A DNA stretch of 62,031 nucleotides from Alphaproteobacteria bacterium (GTDB lineage: Bacteria > Pseudomonadota > Alphaproteobacteria > CBDDJK01): positions 1 to 62,031 of the forward strand of contig JBGCED010000007.1 in the NCBI GenBank assembly GCA_045106055.1, read 5' to 3'. Below the pieces are notes generated by a model. It made no database searches. It was not told the DNA's origin and saw only the letters and a program-made list of their open reading frames with translations. The first letter of the stretch is position 1; each line of letters opens with the position of its first letter. Made by a program: the position numbers and the translations under genes. Below are positions 58,012-62,031 of this stretch, one piece after another.

Positions 58012-58650
58012 CTAATGGGCTAAGCGTTTCAAGGCAAGCTGAATCAGCCTGCCAAGGTCAGGTGCATTGCCATCATTATTCATTTCTTTTACAGAATCAA
58101 TGACGGCGCGGTAGCCATCGGCGCGGCCATAGCCCAAATTTTCAAGGGCGGATACCGCATCTGCTTGCAAATTGCTGCCCTCAATCGGCTGCGATGGTTG
58201 ATTTGCGCTTGATGGTGTTTGTTCTGTTAAGCCTTGCAACGGCGCGCCAAGGCTTAATTTATCTTTTAATTCCAAGATAATGCGATTGGCAAGCTTTGGA
58301 CCAACCCCATCTGCTTGGGTCAATAAGGCCTTATCGCTTGAAATAATTGCTTCGCGAATTTGGTGTTCTGCTAATGCAGAAAGAATGGCAATTCCAACCT
58401 TTGCACCCACCCCTTGCACCGATAATAGGGTTTTAAATAAATCCTGTTCTTGCGGGCTTTTAAACCCATAAAGATGGATATGATCTTCGCGCACATGGGT
58501 TTCAATATATAGGGAAAATAAGCTGCCATCGCGCGGGATGGATTGCAGCGTCTTGGTGGATGCAAACACAATATAGCCCACATGCCCAGCCTGCATCAAC
58601 AGCCCGTTTTGAATTTCTTGAATGAATTTTCCCTCTAACCAGCCAATCAT
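58012..58650 (-). CDS. ruvA: Holliday junction DNA-binding protein RuvA
   Basis: MIGWLEG start, HhH motifs ([26 protein letters not shown]), C-terminal domain III. Confidence 0.92.
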   Translation of the reverse strand: MIGWLEGKFIQEIQNGLLMQAGHVGYIVFASTKTLQSIPRDGSLFSLYIETHVREDHIHLYGFKSPQEQDLFKTLLSVQGVGAKVGIAILSALAEHQIREAIISSDKALLTQADGVGPKLANRIILELKDKLSLGAPLQGLTEQTPSSANQPSQPIEGSNLQADAVSALENLGYGRADGYRAVIDSVKEMNNDGNAPDLGRLIQLALKRLAH

Positions 58651-58682
58651 CTTAATCTATGCCTTATATTTTACAAAATGCG

Positions 58683-59180
58683 TCAGGAAATATGCTGATG
58701 ATGGCTGTCGCAAATTGCCACCGCCAGCGCATCGGCAGCATCCGCATCTTGCGGATTTGATTGCGGCAGTAAAATGCGCACCATCGCTTCCACCTGTGAT
58801 TTTTCGGCTGCACCCGTTCCAACCAATGCCTTTTTAACGCTGCGCGTTGCATATTCGCTAACCCTTATTCCCCTTAATGAAGCGCTTAGCAGCACAACCC
58901 CGCGCGCATGACCAAGCTTTAAAGTTGATTCTGGGTTTTTATTTTGAAATACTTGCTCAACAGCGGCTTTATCGGGTTGATATTCGTTAAAGATTTCGGT
59001 TAATTTAAGGTATAAATCCTGCAGCCTTTCTGCCATTTCACCTTCAATTTGTGGGTTTACACGCCCGCACGCAATGAAGCGTAAATGATTGCCAGATTGC
59101 TCAATCACGCCCCACCCACAATGGCGAAGCCCAGGATCAAGCCCAATGATGCGCTGCGTAGAAGATGTTTTTAAAGCCAT
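58683..59180 (-). CDS. ruvC: crossover junction endodeoxyribonuclease RuvC
   Basis: IIGLDPGLRHCGWGVI, catalytic acidic residues, ADALAVAICH-like C-terminus. Confidence 0.92.
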   Translation of the reverse strand: MALKTSSTQRIIGLDPGLRHCGWGVIEQSGNHLRFIACGRVNPQIEGEMAERLQDLYLKLTEIFNEYQPDKAAVEQVFQNKNPESTLKLGHARGVVLLSASLRGIRVSEYATRSVKKALVGTGAAEKSQVEAMVRILLPQSNPQDADAADALAVAICDSHHQHIS

Positions 59181-59201
59181 AAGGAATTAAGGGAAAAAGC
59201 A

Positions 59202-59954
59202 TTAAGCATCATCTAGCTTCGCAAGTGCCTCATCGGATATATCCTCGTTGGCATAGACATTTTGAACATCATCATTATCTTCTAGTGCGTTGATTAATTT
59301 GAATAATCCTTCGACCTTATCATCTTCAACCAGCACCTGATTTTGGGCGCGCCAAGTAAGCCCAACCTTATCGGCTTCCCCCAATTTTTCCTCCATTGCG
59401 GTTGCAACCTTATTTAAATCATCCCCGCTGCATATAATTTCATGGGTTTCATCATTGCTGGTGACATCATCCGCGCCCGCTTCCAGCCCAGCTTCAAATA
59501 CAAGATCATGGTCGCCTGCGGTAAGCGGATAGATAATTTCCCCCAAACGGTCAAACATAAAGGAAACCGAGCCCGTTTCCCCCATTGACCCACCATTTTT
59601 ATTAAACAGATTGCGAATTTCAGCAGCAGCGCGATTTTTATTATCAGTCATCACCTCAACAATGATTGCAACCCCCGAAGGGCCATAGCCTTCATAGCGA
59701 ATTTCGCTATATTCAACGCCGTCCCCGCCGCCAACACCTTTGACAATCGCGCGCTCTATATTTTCTTTGGGCATGCGCTCTCCGCGTGCATTTTGCACCG
59801 CAAGCCGCAATCTTGCATTGCTGGCAGGATCGCCGCCGCCCATTTTGGCTGCAACCGTTATTTCTTTGCCCAATTTTGCAAAAACCTGTGCTTTTTTGCG
59901 ATCTTGTGCGCCCTTACGGTGCATGATATTTTTAAATTTTGAATGTCCTGCCAT
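59202..59954 (-). CDS. yebC: YebC/PmpR-family DNA-binding transcriptional regulator
   Basis: MAGHSKFKNIMHRKGAQDRKKA N-terminus; 250 aa; classic position upstream of ruvC. Confidence 0.92.
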   Translation of the reverse strand: MAGHSKFKNIMHRKGAQDRKKAQVFAKLGKEITVAAKMGGGDPASNARLRLAVQNARGERMPKENIERAIVKGVGGGDGVEYSEIRYEGYGPSGVAIIVEVMTDNKNRAAAEIRNLFNKNGGSMGETGSVSFMFDRLGEIIYPLTAGDHDLVFEAGLEAGADDVTSNDETHEIICSGDDLNKVATAMEEKLGEADKVGLTWRAQNQVLVEDDKVEGLFKLINALEDNDDVQNVYANEDISDEALAKLDDA

Positions 59955-59988
59955 GATAATTCGCTTGATGCTTTACCTTAATGTTTTC

Positions 59989-60498
59989 TTATTTCGCTTT
60001 GATTTTTCTTGATTTTTTTACTTCTACAACGGGTTCTTTGCCCCCGCGTTCTGGAATGGGCATGGGCCCTTCGCCGCTGGTTAGCGGGGCTGCAATTCCT
60101 TGCGCACTGCCTGTTGCGGCTTGCAAGCGTTCGGATTCATGGTCAATTAAATCATTGGTTGCTTTTAATGCGCCGTAAAAGCGTTGTTCTTCTATTTCTT
60201 CGGCAATTTTTGCAATGACAGCTGCGCTGCTGGGGGCGGCATCGCGATATTGTTTTAAAAATTCAAGCGCATGGGTGATATAGCGTGATCTTTCATCATC
60301 AAACATATAGGCGCATTGCAACGAATAATAAACACGGCGCGCAGGGGTTGTGGCTTCATGTTCTGCCATAACCTCTTTACGGCGCAAAATATCAACGCGG
60401 TTATGCACGATTAATACGGTTGAATCCCCTGCATTTTCAAGAACAGCACCATTGATAATGATCCGATCATGTGAGGGGAGTTTAATTCTCAAAGGCAT
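59989..60498 (-). CDS. flbT: flagellin synthesis repressor FlbT
   Basis: MPLRIKLPSHDRIIINGAVLEN...LRRKEVM...TTPARRVYY...FYGALKATNDLIDHESERL follows Caulobacter FlbT closely. ATG 60498 has an AAGGA RBS. Extra K-rich C-terminal tail. Confidence 0.82.
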   Translation of the reverse strand: MPLRIKLPSHDRIIINGAVLENAGDSTVLIVHNRVDILRRKEVMAEHEATTPARRVYYSLQCAYMFDDERSRYITHALEFLKQYRDAAPSSAAVIAKIAEEIEEQRFYGALKATNDLIDHESERLQAATGSAQGIAAPLTSGEGPMPIPERGGKEPVVEVKKSRKIKAK

Positions 60499-60587
60499 GT
60501 TCAAATCCTTTCTGACTTCTGCCAAACGCTATAAATTAAAAATCATAAACAATGATTCGGGCAGAAAAGGCAAGCCTTCAAAAAAAA

Positions 60588-61949
60588 TTATCCCGCTGCC
60601 AGCATCATCCCATCAATGCGCACGGATGGGGCGTTGGTTGCGCCTTTAAATTCAAGATCATTTGCGGGGGTTAGCGCAAGGAACATGGTTTTTAAATTGC
60701 CAGCAATCGTTGCTTCATTGACGGGATAGGCAATTTCGCCCTTTTCAATCCAAAATCCGCTTGCGCCTTGGCTGTAATCGCCTGTTACCCCATTTACACC
60801 CATCCCCATTAGGTGGGTCACCAAAAAGGCGCATTCTTCATGCTGATAAAGCGATTCTGGGGTTTGCGTGCCAGCATGAAGCGTAAAATTGCCAACGCTT
60901 GGACGCGGCAGCGATGATGCCCCCCTAGCCGCATTTGCAGTTGATTGAAGCCCAAGCTGCTTTGCGCTTCTGCAATCCAGAATCCAGCTGGTTAGGATGC
61001 CATTTTCAACAAAATTACGCGGAGCAGTCGCCAACCCCTCGCCATCAAAAAATTTGGATGCAAGCCCGCGTTTGCGGTGGGGATCATCGCTGATGGTAAT
61101 CGCAGAATCAAAAATTTGTGTCCCCAGCGCATCCAGTAAAAAGCTGGTTTTGCGTGCGATAGATTGCCCGTTAATCGCCCCTGCAAGGCTGCTTAACAGG
61201 GAAGCCGATACCCGCTTATCAAAAATGATAGGCACTTTTTTTGTGGGCGGACGCTTGGGGGATAGGCGCGATAAGGCGCGGCTTGCAGCATGATCGCCAA
61301 TGATGTTTGCTGGCGTTAAATCTTCGCCATAAACCGCGCTGCTATAATCATAATCGCTTTCCATTTCAAGCCCGCTGCCTGCGATGACATTCGCAAATAG
61401 GCTGTGATTGCTGGCAGATCTTGTGCCAAGAAAGCCATTTGATCCAGCAAGCGCAATGCGCGACAAGGACCAGCTTGCACTTGCCCCTTCTGAATTGGTA
61501 ATGCCATCATGGGAAAGGGCGGTTTCTTCGGCTTGCTTTGCGCGTTCTATCAATAAATCTGCGCTTGGTTCAACTGGGTCTTCGGCATCAAGATTGGCGG
61601 CGATCATATTGGACGCAAGCTGATCTTGATGGGCAAGCCCGCAATAAGGGTCTTCGGGGACTTGTTTTGCCATCGCAACCGCGCGCTCAACCAGCCCATC
61701 AAAGGATTGCTTTGAAAGGTCATTGCTGCTGACCAAGGCTTGATGTTTTCCAACAATCACCCGCAAGCCAAGCAGTGAATCTTCGCTGCGCTCCACCCCT
61801 TCAGAATGTCCCATTCTTAGCTGATGCGATACGCTATGGGCTTTTCCAAGCAAGGCATCGGCTTCATCGGCACCCGCTTTTTTTGCTGTTTTTATCAGTT
61901 CTTGCAGCTGGTCAATCGCTTGGGCTGAAAATTCATCATGAGTTTGCAT
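60588..61949 (-). CDS. pmbA: PmbA/TldE-family metalloprotease
   Basis: 453 aa; N-terminal GADEADALL...S..LRMG...ERSED..LGLRV and C-terminal GDYS.GASGFWIEKGEI motifs of the TldD/PmbA family. Confidence 0.85.
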   Translation of the reverse strand: MQTHDEFSAQAIDQLQELIKTAKKAGADEADALLGKAHSVSHQLRMGHSEGVERSEDSLLGLRVIVGKHQALVSSNDLSKQSFDGLVERAVAMAKQVPEDPYCGLAHQDQLASNMIAANLDAEDPVEPSADLLIERAKQAEETALSHDGITNSEGASASWSLSRIALAGSNGFLGTRSASNHSLFANVIAGSGLEMESDYDYSSAVYGEDLTPANIIGDHAASRALSRLSPKRPPTKKVPIIFDKRVSASLLSSLAGAINGQSIARKTSFLLDALGTQIFDSAITISDDPHRKRGLASKFFDGEGLATAPRNFVENGILTSWILDCRSAKQLGLQSTANAARGASSLPRPSVGNFTLHAGTQTPESLYQHEECAFLVTHLMGMGVNGVTGDYSQGASGFWIEKGEIAYPVNEATIAGNLKTMFLALTPANDLEFKGATNAPSVRIDGMMLAAG

Positions 61950-62031
61950 TCAATAATATCCTTAAAATAATGACAAAATAAATCAAACAGGCTATGATTT
62001 ATTCTTGGATAATAAGATTAGGGCTGTTTGC

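Overview
This 62-kb window looks like chromosomal DNA from an alphaproteobacterium. The call rests on flbT, a DUF4167 protein, a small aa3-oxidase subunit-IV-like ORF, ctaA, cobS/cobT and a conserved rlpA-dacC-tmk-holB block. The moderately AT-leaning composition suggests a marine lineage, but that is unverified. All product calls come from motifs read in the translated ORFs; no searches were run. Most genes are housekeeping: cobalamin-related genes, heme A synthase, yajC-secD-secF, cell-wall enzymes, an OmpR/EnvZ-type two-component system, tmk-holB, one tRNA(CAT), a DinG-like helicase, an LpxL-like acyltransferase, ruvCAB-yebC and pmbA. Two stretches look accessory. (1) At 20.5-22.0 kb, two type II toxin-antitoxin cassettes (higBA and yafQ/dinJ-like) lie between convergent genes, each bracketed by copies of a roughly 40-bp att-like sequence. 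(2) At 27.0-41.3 kb, a tightly packed LacI-controlled island holds a CUT1 ABC importer, a HisD-family dehydrogenase, an SDR, a bicupin, a short MetE-like protein, an alpha/beta hydrolase, an RraA/aldolase-like protein and three paralogous tandem-NTF2 (SnoaL-like) proteins. I cannot match this enzyme set to a known pathway, so it is my best candidate for undescribed biology here. I found no CRISPR array, rRNA, transposase, integrase or recognisable defence system other than the TA pairs. Several small non-coding repeat or hairpin elements and a few atypical proteins are flagged.
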